57,627 nucleotides of DNA, taken from assembly GCA_019420405.1 (NCBI GenBank), contig JAHZHF010000001.1, forward strand, positions 1 to 57,627, read 5' to 3'. Position 1 is the first letter of the stretch. The number at the start of each line of letters is the position of its first letter. Below the pieces are notes generated by a model that saw only the letters and a list, made by a program, of their open reading frames with translations, was not told where the DNA came from and did not search any database. This DNA comes from Clostridiales bacterium (lineage in GTDB: Bacteria > Bacillota > Clostridia > Lachnospirales > Lachnospiraceae). The position numbers and the translations under genes are program-made. This document shows positions 1 to 9,596 of the stretch, in pieces.

Positions 1-1
1 A

Positions 2-433
2 AATATCCGTTCGGAGATGGATGTTCCGAACAACAGGAAGACCAAGGTTTATATTGTTGCGGATAAGCCGGAACTGTGTGAAGGCATTGCTGCCCTGGAG
101 GGGTCGGTGAAGCCGCTGATGATGGCGAACGAGATCCTGATCCAGCCGGATAAGGAAGGCATCGCGGACAATGCGGTATCCGTAGTTGTGCCGGATGCGG
201 TGATCTATCTTCCGCTTGAAGATCTGGTAGACTTTGAGCAGGAGAAGAAGAGACTGAAATCGGAAGAGGAGAGACTGAATAAGGAGATAAAACGGGCTCA
301 GGGGATGCTCTCGAACGAGAAGTTCGTAAGTAAGGCGCCTGAGGCAAAAGTCCAGGAAGAGCGGGCAAAACTGGAGAAATATACCCAGATGCTCGCCCAG
401 GTAAAAGAGCGTATGGCAGGGCTTGGAGAGTAA
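2..433 (+). CDS. valS: valyl-tRNA synthetase, C-terminal part (gene starts upstream of the window)
   Basis: Frame open from the window edge (NIRSEMDVP...). C-terminal coiled-coil arm LPLEDLVDFEQEKKRL...LSNEKFVSKAPEAKVQEE is typical of ValRS. Confidence 0.93.
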   Translation, partial: NIRSEMDVPNNRKTKVYIVADKPELCEGIAALEGSVKPLMMANEILIQPDKEGIADNAVSVVVPDAVIYLPLEDLVDFEQEKKRLKSEEERLNKEIKRAQGMLSNEKFVSKAPEAKVQEERAKLEKYTQMLAQVKERMAGLGE

Positions 434-462
434 GAAGACCACAGCCTGAGGCCGTTTTTAAA

Positions 463-494
463 CCCGCGTCAGTCACTTTTTTGACAGGCGCGGG
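463..494 (+). terminator. stem-loop after valS
   Basis: Inverted repeat CCCGCGTCAGTCA-cttttt-TGACAGGCGCGGG; no clear downstream U tract. Confidence 0.45.
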
Positions 495-558
495 AGATGT
501 GTGTATTGGCTGAAATGCAGCCCGGTTTTACCGTATTAAGAAAGGGAAGAGGTCATAC

Positions 559-2775
559 ATGAAACGAATTCAGATTAAAAAGCCGGACATCAAAGGCTTT
601 TTTACAAAGATCAGAAATCTGAAAAAAGAAGATATTAAAAGACATTTTAAAGAGAAGAGGGAGCGGAGAAAGAGAATTTTGGAGGAGCGCCGCAACAGCA
701 GGTTTGCACGCAGGATGCAGCCTGTTTACAAGTGGATGAACCGGCTTTCTCTGCCGCTTCACTTCCTGCTGGCCTGTGTGATCAACTTCCTGATCGAGAT
801 CGTGTCGCGGCTTTCTCTGTTTGAAGCGTGGGATTATATGGTGGGAACGCCTCTTGTATTTCTGTACAATGCGTTTATGATATTCGTAACGTTTTCCATT
901 GTGTATCTTGTGCGCCGGAGAGTGTTTGCGAGAATCCTGATCAGTGTTTTCTGGGTGTTCCTGGGGATCTGCAACGGTTATCTCCTGACCAAGAGGGTGA
1001 CGCCCTTTAACGCCCAGGACCTGAAAGCCATTTCAGAGGCGCTGGCGGTTATGAACAGCTATTTCAATGCGTTTGAGCTGGTCATGATTGTGATCGGTGT
1101 TGTGGCGCTGGTGTTCTGGATTATCTCCATGTGGAGGAGAGGCGGCCAGTTTACGGGAAAGATGCACCGGTGGATTGCGCTTGGCGGTGTGATCGTATCC
1201 TTTGCCGCGTGCGGAGTGGTGACGGAAGCAGCCATCGATAACCGTGTCATTTCCAACTATTTCGGAAACATTGCTTTTGCTTATGAGGATTACGGATTCC
1301 CCTACTGCTTTTCCGCCAGCCTGTTTAATACGGGAATCAATGAGCCTTCCGGATACAGCGAGGAGGCTATGGCTGAGATCAGTAATAACGGGGAGATTAC
1401 GAAGAGTGAAACAGGGCGCTCCGAGGAGGATCTTCCCAATATCATGTTTGTGCAGCTTGAGTCTTTCTTCGATCCGACGGAAGTGGAGTGGCTCCGGTTT
1501 TCCGAGGACCCGATCCCGAACCTGAGGAAGCTGTTCAGCGAGTATTCCAGCGGATACTTTAAGGCGCCGTCTGTCGGTGCGGGAACTGCGAATACGGAGT
1601 TCGAAGTGCTGACAGGAATGAGTATGCGTTTCTTCGGACCGGGCGAATATCCTTATAAGACTTACGGAAAGATGCACACTCTGGAGAGTGCCGCGTCCGC
1701 GTTGAAAGAGCTTGGATACGGGGCGGAAGCGCTTCACAATAACGGCGGAAACTTCTACAGCCGTGCCCAGGTGTTTAACAACATGGGATTTGACCACTAT
1801 ACGAGTAAGGAGTTTATGAATATTCTCCAGACGACTCCGGAGGGCTGGGCTACGGATGATATCCTGGTGCCGAACATTATGGAGGCCATGGATACTACGG
1901 AAGGCCAGGACTTTGTGTTCACCATTACAGTGGAGGGGCACGGGGAGTATCCCACGGAGAAAGTGCTCGAAGATCCGGAGATCGTGGTCAGCGGAGTAGA
2001 GGACGAAGGCGAGCGGAATGCCTGGGAATATTACGTGAATCTGATCCATGAGACGGACAAATTCGTCCAGCAGCTCATCGATGCAGTGGAAGCAAGAAAT
2101 GAGCCTACGGTTCTTGTGTTCTACGGAGATCATCTTCCGACCATGAACCTGGAGGCGAAGGACTTAAAGAGTAAATATCTCTACAATACGAACTATGTGA
2201 TCTGGGATAACATCGGGCTGGAGAAGCAGGATGAGAATATCGCGGCATATCAGATCGTAGCGGAGGTGTTTGACCGCCTGGATATTCATACCGGTACGGT
2301 ATTTAACTATCATCAGGAGCGCAAGTCCACGAAGAACTATCTGGCGGATCTGGAGCTTCTGCAGTACGATATCATGTACGGTGACCAGTATGTCTACGGG
2401 GAGAGCGGCGAGCCGGTGACCGAAGGACATATGGTTATGGGAGTGAAGGATGCTGAGATCACGGAGCTTGTTGCCCAGACGGACGGCTCTTACAGCATCT
2501 ATGGAAATAATTTCACCAAGCAGAGCAAGGTGTATATTAACGGGGAGAAACAGACGACAAAATTCCTGAACAATACGAGGCTGGATCTGAAGGAATCTGC
2601 GATAAACGACGGAGATACGATTATGGTCGCTCAGGTCGGTTCCAGCAACACTATATTCAGGGAGTCGAAAACATATGAGTACAGGGAAGGGAAGCTTACC
2701 GAACTGCCGGCCGATCCGGAGGCAGTGGAAAATGGAAGGCAGGCTTTCGTTCCGGAGGAAGACACGGAAGAATGA
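559..2775 (+). CDS. LTA synthase family (sulfatase-like) membrane protein
   Basis: About 5 N-terminal TM helices, NIMFVQLESFFD, GAGTANTEFE (Thr nucleophile), YGDHLP. Confidence 0.88.
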   Translation: MKRIQIKKPDIKGFFTKIRNLKKEDIKRHFKEKRERRKRILEERRNSRFARRMQPVYKWMNRLSLPLHFLLACVINFLIEIVSRLSLFEAWDYMVGTPLVFLYNAFMIFVTFSIVYLVRRRVFARILISVFWVFLGICNGYLLTKRVTPFNAQDLKAISEALAVMNSYFNAFELVMIVIGVVALVFWIISMWRRGGQFTGKMHRWIALGGVIVSFAACGVVTEAAIDNRVISNYFGNIAFAYEDYGFPYCFSASLFNTGINEPSGYSEEAMAEISNNGEITKSETGRSEEDLPNIMFVQLESFFDPTEVEWLRFSEDPIPNLRKLFSEYSSGYFKAPSVGAGTANTEFEVLTGMSMRFFGPGEYPYKTYGKMHTLESAASALKELGYGAEALHNNGGNFYSRAQVFNNMGFDHYTSKEFMNILQTTPEGWATDDILVPNIMEAMDTTEGQDFVFTITVEGHGEYPTEKVLEDPEIVVSGVEDEGERNAWEYYVNLIHETDKFVQQLIDAVEARNEPTVLVFYGDHLPTMNLEAKDLKSKYLYNTNYVIWDNIGLEKQDENIAAYQIVAEVFDRLDIHTGTVFNYHQERKSTKNYLADLELLQYDIMYGDQYVYGESGEPVTEGHMVMGVKDAEITELVAQTDGSYSIYGNNFTKQSKVYINGEKQTTKFLNNTRLDLKESAINDGDTIMVAQVGSSNTIFRESKTYEYREGKLTELPADPEAVENGRQAFVPEEDTEE

Positions 2776-4055
2776 CATATCAGCAGGCAGCAGATTATAT
2801 ATTTGCGATTCCGAAATTCACAAAGAAAAATGATGTCGCGCAGACAAGAGTATTCCTGGAATATCTCGGCCGGCCGCAGGACCGCCTCAAGGTGATCCAT
2901 GTGGCCGGGACCAACGGGAAGGGATCCGTATGCGCGTACCTTGACGGAATGCTCCGTTCGGAAGGAAAACGAACGGGGCTTTTCACGTCTCCCCATCTGG
3001 TGCGCCTCAACGAGAGGATCGTTCTGGACGGAGAGGAGATCAGCGACGGGATGTTCTGTGCGGTTTTTGAGCGCACTATGGAGGCGGTGCGGCGCATGGA
3101 AGCAGAAGGGATGGCTCATCCGAGCTTCTTCGAGTTCCTGCTGGGCATGGCCGTGTACGCATTCGCGGAAGCGGGGATGGAGTACGCGGTTTTGGAGACC
3201 GGGCTTGGAGGAAGGCTGGACGCTACCAGCGCGGTGGAGCATCCGCTGGTCTGTGCGATCACTTCCATCGGCTTTGACCATATGCAGTATCTCGGAGACA
3301 GCCTGGCGGAAATCGCCGGGGAGAAGGCGGGAATCATCCGGCCGGGCGTGCCTGTTTTCTATACCGGGACAGCACCGGAGAGCGATGGGGTAATCGCGCG
3401 CATTGCGCAGGAAAAGAATAGTTTCTGTAAAAAAATCGGGAAAGATGCGTTCAAAATTCTCGGAATCCGGAATAAACATATTGCATTTTCCTGTTCCAGT
3501 GCTTATTATGGAACTACCACGTGGGAATTGAATAATACAGGTGTCTATCAGCCGGAGAACGCTATGCTGGCACTGGAAGTGATGCGCTGGCTCTTCGGGG
3601 AAAAGGGACATCCGGACCGCTGGAAAAGAGCGCTCTTAAGTATTACAAGAGAGGGCAGGATGGAAGAAATCCTCCCCGGCGTCTACATAGACGGGGCGCA
3701 CAATATCAGCGCCATAGAGGCGTTTGTGGAGAGTGTTCCGCAGGATGACACAGGGAATATCGTTCTGTTCTCCGCGGTGCAGGATAAAGATTATGAGAAG
3801 ATGGCGGCTTTCCTCGGACAGAATATGAGAGCGGATCAGTATGTCATAACGCATATTGATGACAGCAGGGGAGAAGATGCGGAAGTCCTGGGAGCGGTCT
3901 TCAGAAAATATACGGAAATACCTGTCGTGGTAAAGAAATCGGTAAAGGAAGCGTTTGAATATGTCTGCCGGTGCAGGGAGGGCAGGAGAGTCTACTGCCT
4001 GGGATCACTTTATCTGGCAGGAAAGATAAAAGAATTAATCCGGGAGGGGATATAA
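2772..4055 (+). CDS. folC: folylpolyglutamate synthase/dihydrofolate synthase
   Basis: HVAGTNGKGS, FTSPHL, ETGLGGRLDAT and DGAHN motifs; downstream of valS. Confidence 0.95.
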   Translation: MTYQQAADYIFAIPKFTKKNDVAQTRVFLEYLGRPQDRLKVIHVAGTNGKGSVCAYLDGMLRSEGKRTGLFTSPHLVRLNERIVLDGEEISDGMFCAVFERTMEAVRRMEAEGMAHPSFFEFLLGMAVYAFAEAGMEYAVLETGLGGRLDATSAVEHPLVCAITSIGFDHMQYLGDSLAEIAGEKAGIIRPGVPVFYTGTAPESDGVIARIAQEKNSFCKKIGKDAFKILGIRNKHIAFSCSSAYYGTTTWELNNTGVYQPENAMLALEVMRWLFGEKGHPDRWKRALLSITREGRMEEILPGVYIDGAHNISAIEAFVESVPQDDTGNIVLFSAVQDKDYEKMAAFLGQNMRADQYVITHIDDSRGEDAEVLGAVFRKYTEIPVVVKKSVKEAFEYVCRCREGRRVYCLGSLYLAGKIKELIREGI

Positions 4056-4190
4056 ATGCTCAATTACGAAGAAGAACTTAAGAAGTTTAAGCCGAGCCTT
4101 GAGGTGGAGGAAATTGAGGACGCGGTTTATCAGGAAGATCTCTCAGATGTGACAGATCTTCTCAAACAGGTTATGGATCAGAAAAAGTAA
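4056..4190 (+). CDS. small acidic hypothetical protein, 44 aa (MLNYEEELKKFKPSLEVEEIEDAVYQEDLSDVTDLLKQVMDQKK)
   Basis: ATG directly after the folC stop, GGAGGGG RBS, fills the folC-TPR gap; below the ORF-track size cutoff. Confidence 0.75.
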   Translation: MLNYEEELKKFKPSLEVEEIEDAVYQEDLSDVTDLLKQVMDQKK

Positions 4191-4233
4191 GGTACAAAGA
4201 AAGCGGAAGTTCAAGAAGATAGTGGGGATATAA

Positions 4234-5592
4234 ATGGATTACATGAAGAAAGTCGTTTACCACTCGAACTACTGGTATAACGACGGACTCAGGAAAGCGC
4301 AGATCCGGGACATGTCGGGAGCGATCCTGTCGCTTAAGAGAAGTCTGCAGTTCAACCGTGAGAACATTGCGGCGAGAAATCTGCTGGGGCTTGTTTACTA
4401 TGGCGTGGGAGAGGTGCCGGAGGCGCTGGTGCAGTGGATTATCAGCAAAAACTTAAAGAAAAGGGACAATATTGCGGATTCTTATATTAAGGAGGTTCAG
4501 GCATCGGCCAAAGAACTGGAGACGATTAACCTGGCGATCCGGAAATATAATCAGTGTCTGGGATACTGCCGGCAGAACGGGGAGGATCTGGCGGTGATCC
4601 AGTTGAAGCAGGTTATATCTTCCCATCCGACGTTTCTCAAAGCATATCAGCTCCTTGGGCTGATCTATCTGCATACGGAACAGTATTCCAGAGCGAGGCA
4701 GGTCCTTCGTACAGCCCGCAGGCTGGATACGACGAATGAGACGACCATGCGTCTTCTGCATGAGTTGACGCAGAAGCGTGGAAAAAGCCGGAAGAAGGCA
4801 GCAAAGCAGAAGTCCGATGCGGTGGAGTACAGCCTCGGGAACGAGACGATTATCCAGCCAAGGCACTCGCGGCTTAAGGAAATGGCGGGACATCTGGCGG
4901 TGGCCAATCTGTTTATCGGGGCGGCGATCGGAGCGGCGCTGATCTGGTTCCTTGTGGCGCCTGCAGTGAATCAGTCCCGGTCAGATCAGATGAATGCGCA
5001 GATGAGGGCGTACAGTGATCAGATCAAATCACTGGAAGCACAGGTGAGCGCCCAGACAAGAACGCTGGATAATTACCGGGCCTCCGGAGAGCAGGTGGAG
5101 GCGGATGCACAGCAGGCTCAGACCGCACAGGACAGCTATGAGAGACTGATGCAGGCGTCTGACCAGTATGACGGCGGAGTCACTGATTATGCAACGATCG
5201 CGGATCTTCTGCTGGGCGTGACGAGGGATTCCCTTGGGGAGAGCGGACAGGATCTCTATGATGAACTTACGGCAGATGTGTATCCTGCGGCCTGCGACAG
5301 CAATTTCGCGACTGGATCACAGGCTCTGGAGGCGGCAAACTATCAGTCGGCAGCAGACGCGCTCTATAAAGTGGTGCGTATGGACTCTGGTTACAATGAC
5401 GGACAGGCGCTTTTGTATTTGGCGCAGGCGTACAGAGGGAACGGAGATAACGACAACGCTAAAAACTATTTCCAACAGGTCGTGGATAATTACGCTGACT
5501 CAGATTACGCCCAGACTGCTCAGACAGCGCTGGACGAGATCGCCCAGGCAGAGGCTGAGGCGGCTTCTGCGGGAGAAGAAAGTGCAGAATAA
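4234..5592 (+). CDS. tetratricopeptide-repeat membrane protein (N-terminal TPRs, one TM helix, coiled coil, C-terminal TPR)
   Basis: TPR patterns ARNLLGLVYY, AYQLLGLIY, ALLYLAQAY..GD..NAKNYFQQVV; hydrophobic helix LFIGAAIGAALIWFLVAP. Confidence 0.8.
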   Translation: MDYMKKVVYHSNYWYNDGLRKAQIRDMSGAILSLKRSLQFNRENIAARNLLGLVYYGVGEVPEALVQWIISKNLKKRDNIADSYIKEVQASAKELETINLAIRKYNQCLGYCRQNGEDLAVIQLKQVISSHPTFLKAYQLLGLIYLHTEQYSRARQVLRTARRLDTTNETTMRLLHELTQKRGKSRKKAAKQKSDAVEYSLGNETIIQPRHSRLKEMAGHLAVANLFIGAAIGAALIWFLVAPAVNQSRSDQMNAQMRAYSDQIKSLEAQVSAQTRTLDNYRASGEQVEADAQQAQTAQDSYERLMQASDQYDGGVTDYATIADLLLGVTRDSLGESGQDLYDELTADVYPAACDSNFATGSQALEAANYQSAADALYKVVRMDSGYNDGQALLYLAQAYRGNGDNDNAKNYFQQVVDNYADSDYAQTAQTALDEIAQAEAEAASAGEESAE

Positions 5593-5659
5593 CTACGGAA
5601 GGAAAAATACAGAAAAATAAACGAAAGAAGCCGGATGTTTCCGGCATAAAATGCAGAAG

Positions 5660-5687
5660 AAAAGGATATGCGCCGGCATATCCTTTT
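5660..5687 (+). terminator. rho-independent terminator-like hairpin
   Basis: AAAAGGATATGC-gccg-GCATATCCTTTT followed by AATTTTT. Confidence 0.6.
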
Positions 5688-5762
5688 AATTTTTCGTAAC
5701 AGTTCTGTTTTACGAATTGCGCGGGCTGAACTGTTACATTTTTAGCCGGAGGAGGAGTTATA

Positions 5763-6077
5763 ATGAAATATCAGGTGCAGGAGAACTGTCTGACCGTTTA
5801 TCTGCCCCGCGAAGTGGACCATCACAACGCAGAGGAAATCAGGAGGGAGGCGGATGCAGTGATCGACAGAAACCATATCAAATATGTAATTTTTGATTTT
5901 GAGAGAACTGATTTTATGGACAGTTCCGGAATAGGGGTTATTATGGGAAGATATAAGACGGTCAGTCTGATCGGAGGAGAAGTCTGGGCAGTCCACGCCA
6001 GTGAAAGGATCAAAAAAATACTGATTCTGTCTGGCGTGACAAAAATAATGCAGATTTATGAGGAGGATGCGGTATGA
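5763..6077 (+). CDS. spoIIAA: anti-sigma F factor antagonist (STAS domain)
   Basis: EVDHHNAEEIR and FMDSSGIGVIMGRYK motifs; first gene of the spoIIA operon. Confidence 0.95.
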   Translation: MKYQVQENCLTVYLPREVDHHNAEEIRREADAVIDRNHIKYVIFDFERTDFMDSSGIGVIMGRYKTVSLIGGEVWAVHASERIKKILILSGVTKIMQIYEEDAV

Positions 6078-6529
6078 AACATACAAATGAAATGGAGATC
6101 CGGTTTGACAGCCGGTCAGCAAATGAAGGATTTGCGAGAGTCGCAGTGGCCTCCTTTCTGACACAGCTCAATCCTACTGTGGAAGAGGTGGCGGATGTAA
6201 AGACAGCAGTTTCAGAGGCAGTGACAAATGCGATTATTCACGGATATGAAAATGAGATCCACAAGGTGTATATCCGGTGCCGTATCGAGGAAAATATATT
6301 CACTGTGGAAATACGTGACAAAGGAAAAGGGATTGAGAACGTAGAGGAGGCTATGCAGCCTATGTATACCACCAGACCGGATCAGGACCGGTCCGGCATG
6401 GGATTTTCTTTTATGGAAGCGTTCATGGACAGCCTGGAGGTGGAATCCGAACCGGGAAAGGGAACCCGCGTGAAAATGAAAAAGACCATCGGAAAAGGAA
6501 GGGAAATATGGACCACACAATCGCTTTAA
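6074..6529 (+). CDS. spoIIAB: anti-sigma F factor
   Basis: NEGFARVAVASF, KTAVSEAVTNAIIHGY, RSGMGFSFMEAFMD. Confidence 0.96.
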   Translation: MKHTNEMEIRFDSRSANEGFARVAVASFLTQLNPTVEEVADVKTAVSEAVTNAIIHGYENEIHKVYIRCRIEENIFTVEIRDKGKGIENVEEAMQPMYTTRPDQDRSGMGFSFMEAFMDSLEVESEPGKGTRVKMKKTIGKGREIWTTQSL

Positions 6530-7233
6530 TTCAACGAGCGCACGATGGGGATAAAGCCGCGAGAGAACAGCTTGTGGAAGAAAACGCAGGACTTGTCTGG
6601 TGTGTTGTAAAGCGGTTCCACAGCAGAGGAGCAGAGACTGATGATCTCTTTCAGATCGGGAACATCGGACTTCTTAAAGCAATTGATAAGTTTGACATGT
6701 CCTTCGGCGTGAGGTTTTCCACTTATGCAGTGCCCATGATTTCCGGTGAAATTAAAAGATTTTTAAGAGACGATGGTATGATCAAGGTCAGCCGCTCTTT
6801 AAAAGAGCTGGCATATAAAAGTCTGCAGGCGGCGGAAAAACTGAGTGTACGGCTCGGAAGAGAACCTACCGTAGAAGAACTCTCGGAGGAGCTGGGCGTA
6901 GACAAAGAAGAGCTGGTACAGGCCATGGAGGCCGGGAGTGAAGTGGACTCTCTGTACCGGCCGGTCCGCCAGAAAGAAGGCAGCGAGGTTCCTCTGCTGG
7001 ATAAGATTGAAGAAAAAGAAAAAAGAGAGGACAAGATCCTTGACCGTCTGGTGCTTAAGCAACTGCTGGAAACATTGAATACAGAGGAACGGCACCTGAT
7101 TTATCTGAGGTATTTCTCGGATAAAACACAGACGGATGTGGGGAAGATAATGGGGATTTCACAGGTGCAGGTGTCCAGAATGGAGAAAAGGATACTGGAA
7201 AATCTGAGAAGGAGGAGCGAATGGCAGCAATAG
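6508..7233 (+). CDS. sigF: RNA polymerase sporulation sigma factor F
   Basis: DDLFQIGNIGLLKAIDKFD, FSTYAVPMISGEIKRFLRDDG, GISQVQVSRMEK; follows spoIIAB. Confidence 0.93.
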   Translation: MDHTIALIQRAHDGDKAAREQLVEENAGLVWCVVKRFHSRGAETDDLFQIGNIGLLKAIDKFDMSFGVRFSTYAVPMISGEIKRFLRDDGMIKVSRSLKELAYKSLQAAEKLSVRLGREPTVEELSEELGVDKEELVQAMEAGSEVDSLYRPVRQKEGSEVPLLDKIEEKEKREDKILDRLVLKQLLETLNTEERHLIYLRYFSDKTQTDVGKIMGISQVQVSRMEKRILENLRRRSEWQQ

Positions 7234-7238
7234 CTATA

Positions 7239-7259
7239 AGGGGAGTGAAAATCTCCCCT
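7239..7259. terminator. hairpin between the convergent sigF and ROK genes
   Basis: AGGGGAG-tgaaaat-CTCCCCT. Confidence 0.5.
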
Positions 7260-7266
7260 GCACGAT

Positions 7267-8517
7267 TCATTCGCTCTGCTCATTATTTATCTGCGGCAGC
7301 TCCATATTTATTACATAGGCATTTCCGCCGAGAAGAGTGGCATCCCTGCGGGTGACACGTTCGTTTATGACCATGGAGATATCCACTGGAATTGTATTCT
7401 CCATTCCGGCATATTCCTGTACCTTCCTTTTCATCATTGCAAAAAATTCCTGTGAAGGGGGGATTTCATCTCCCACGAGAATGTGATGCGGAGCAAAAAG
7501 CTTGATCAATATTACAAGCAGCTGCGCCACGTAGTCGGACAGCTCTGTAAAAAGATGTACGGAGAGAGGATCTTTTATTGCATAGGCATTGATCAGGTCG
7601 CGGTAAATGATATCTTTTTCGTTCAAAATAGAGCCGGGATACAGGATAAGGAGTTCCCTGGCTCGATTTAAAACAGAGGTTACGTTAATCAGCTTATCCG
7701 CACTTTCATAATTGCCATCCTTTGTTTTGATCATGATATCCTTTAGGCAATGGATTACGGAGAAAGCACCATGATAAAGTTCACCATGATATAAGACACC
7801 TAAATCTACAGATGTACTGATATCAATATTAAGTACGATCTTGTCTTCAATATTACTTATCATATTCTGTGTGTACACATAGTATGAAAGAAAATCGACA
7901 GATCTTTCTATATAAACCGGGTAAGGCGAAAGCCCTTCAAAGAAAGCCCGGATATCGATCTTTTTCCCGTCTTCCGCAGTGTAAAATACTGTACCGTTGT
8001 CATAGTCAAATAAAAAATCATTTTGAAATCCGATAGAAATCCCGAGAATCTGGAGATTTCCGCTTAAAACAGAATACTGCTGTATTTTTTTCCCGATATC
8101 GACCAGCGTCTGGTGGAAATTAAGGTAAGAGTCGTATATAACTTTTTCTACTGCGATACACTCAGAGTTAATATCGAAAAGAGCGATAGCAAAATAAGAA
8201 GCTGTTATCCTCAGGGAAATCGTACAGAAACGGTTCGATACGAGACTCAGCCCCTTCACACGCCGGCCGTTATCGCCATCGATCAGCCCGCATTCTTCTA
8301 CAAGATTTTTTGAAATCAGTTCATTCACGATAATCGTTATCGTCGCCGCTTTTAATCCGCTCAGACGTGCGAGCTCAACGCGTGAGATCACTTTATGCCG
8401 CTGAATAAGGCTCAGAACCAGACGGCGGTTATAGTAGAGAAGATCTGTATTATTATTCCCCCGCTTTGGAGAAATGGACATGTATTGTTTTCTCTTTGAT
8501 AAAAGGTTATTCTGCAT
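7267..8517 (-). CDS. ROK family transcriptional repressor (cluster 1)
   Basis: N-terminal wHTH (NRRLVLSLIQ..ISRVELARLSGLKAATITIIVNELI, GRR) plus a divergent ROK domain. Start moved to ATG 8517 after an AAGGGGTGG RBS. Confidence 0.85.
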   Translation of the reverse strand: MQNNLLSKRKQYMSISPKRGNNNTDLLYYNRRLVLSLIQRHKVISRVELARLSGLKAATITIIVNELISKNLVEECGLIDGDNGRRVKGLSLVSNRFCTISLRITASYFAIALFDINSECIAVEKVIYDSYLNFHQTLVDIGKKIQQYSVLSGNLQILGISIGFQNDFLFDYDNGTVFYTAEDGKKIDIRAFFEGLSPYPVYIERSVDFLSYYVYTQNMISNIEDKIVLNIDISTSVDLGVLYHGELYHGAFSVIHCLKDIMIKTKDGNYESADKLINVTSVLNRARELLILYPGSILNEKDIIYRDLINAYAIKDPLSVHLFTELSDYVAQLLVILIKLFAPHHILVGDEIPPSQEFFAMMKRKVQEYAGMENTIPVDISMVINERVTRRDATLLGGNAYVINMELPQINNEQSE

Positions 8518-8639
8518 AAAACCACCCCTTAGAACATTATATTTTACAAATAAAAATAAGTAAAGGAAAAAACTGTAAAAAAGGAAATAATTATGCATAT
8601 AGCACAAATGTGCATGGTTAAATTTATTAAAAAAGCATA

Positions 8640-8687
8640 TTGTGAATAAAAAATGCGTATGCTATATTAATTTCATAAAATTAAATT
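8640..8687 (+). promoter_or_regulatory. sigma-A-like promoter of sugar cluster 1 with candidate ROK operator
   Basis: TTGTGA(8640)-17 bp-TATATT(8663) with extended TG, followed by AATTT-N9-AAATT at 8669-8687. Confidence 0.5.
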
Positions 8688-8702
8688 AATGGAGGACATA
8701 AA

Positions 8703-9596
8703 ATGGGACTGGTAACTTTAAAAGAAGTGCTTAGTGGATCAATCGCAGGACAATATGCGATAGGAGGGTTTGTGACAACAGATCTTCTGGCAACACAGAA
8801 TATCATCAGGGCAGCGGAAGAAATGGAAGCTCCCATAATACTTATGATACCCTGGGGAACATTAACGGACAAATATAAAACCGGGGAATACCTTGAACTT
8901 ACGATCCGAATGGCGAAAAATGCTGAAGTACCGGTTGCAGTTCATCTGGATCACGGAACATCTTATGAAGAGTGCATCAAAGCGATCCATGCAGGATTCA
9001 GCAGTGTTATGTATGACGGATCCAGTCTTCCGTTTGAGCAGAATATCCAGAACACACGGAAGGTCGTTGAAGCAGCGCATGCATGCGGAGTAAGTGTGGA
9101 AGCGGAGATCGGACATGTGGGCGGCGCGGAAGGAGGAGCCTTGATCAAGGAGGGGAAAGAAGCGGATGCCAGCATGTATACTACGGTAGAAGAGGCGGCT
9201 GAATTTGTGGAAAAAACAGGGGTAGACGCACTGGCTGTAGCGATCGGGACAGTACACGGGATCTATAAAGGAAAGCCGGTTCTTGACCTGGACAGACTGG
9301 AAAATATAAGAAAAGCGCTTGATATCCCGCTGGTACTGCACGGCGGATCAGGACTTTCTGACCAGGATTTCAGAAATGTGGTCAAAAAGGGTATCAATAA
9401 GATCAATTTCTTTACAGAGATGTCCATGGCAGCAGCTCAAGCAGCCAAAAATTTTATAAAACAGTCAGGGGATGAGCCGATCCATATGATGCAGATCAAC
9501 AGCGTCCAGTCAGAAGCAGTAGTAAGCCTGGTAAAAGAACAGATCGAAGTTTTCGGCTGGAAGAAAAAGGAAGAAGGAGAGAGGTCAGATGTCTGA
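8703..9596 (+). CDS. class II ketose-phosphate aldolase (YdjI-like)
   Basis: VAVHLDHG, SVMYDGS, VEAEIGHVGG, LAVAIGTVHG, LVLHGGSG. Confidence 0.9.
   Translation: MGLVTLKEVLSGSIAGQYAIGGFVTTDLLATQNIIRAAEEMEAPIILMIPWGTLTDKYKTGEYLELTIRMAKNAEVPVAVHLDHGTSYEECIKAIHAGFSSVMYDGSSLPFEQNIQNTRKVVEAAHACGVSVEAEIGHVGGAEGGALIKEGKEADASMYTTVEEAAEFVEKTGVDALAVAIGTVHGIYKGKPVLDLDRLENIRKALDIPLVLHGGSGLSDQDFRNVVKKGINKINFFTEMSMAAAQAAKNFIKQSGDEPIHMMQINSVQSEAVVSLVKEQIEVFGWKKKEEGERSDV

Noticed and set aside
1033..3611. Long minus-strand ORFs (366, 204 and 326 aa)
   Set aside because: Antisense shadows of the LTA synthase and folC genes, with no motifs.
5598..5626. Possible sigma-H promoter for spoIIA (GAAGGAAAA...CGAAA)
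   Set aside because: Spacing is imperfect and a terminator-like hairpin lies downstream; too weak to call.
8518..8607. N-terminal extension of the ROK ORF given in the track (similar extensions at 12602, 31424, 32928, 36051, 42025, 51038)
   Set aside because: Downstream ATGs have clear RBSs, and the extensions run through promoter DNA or neighbouring genes.
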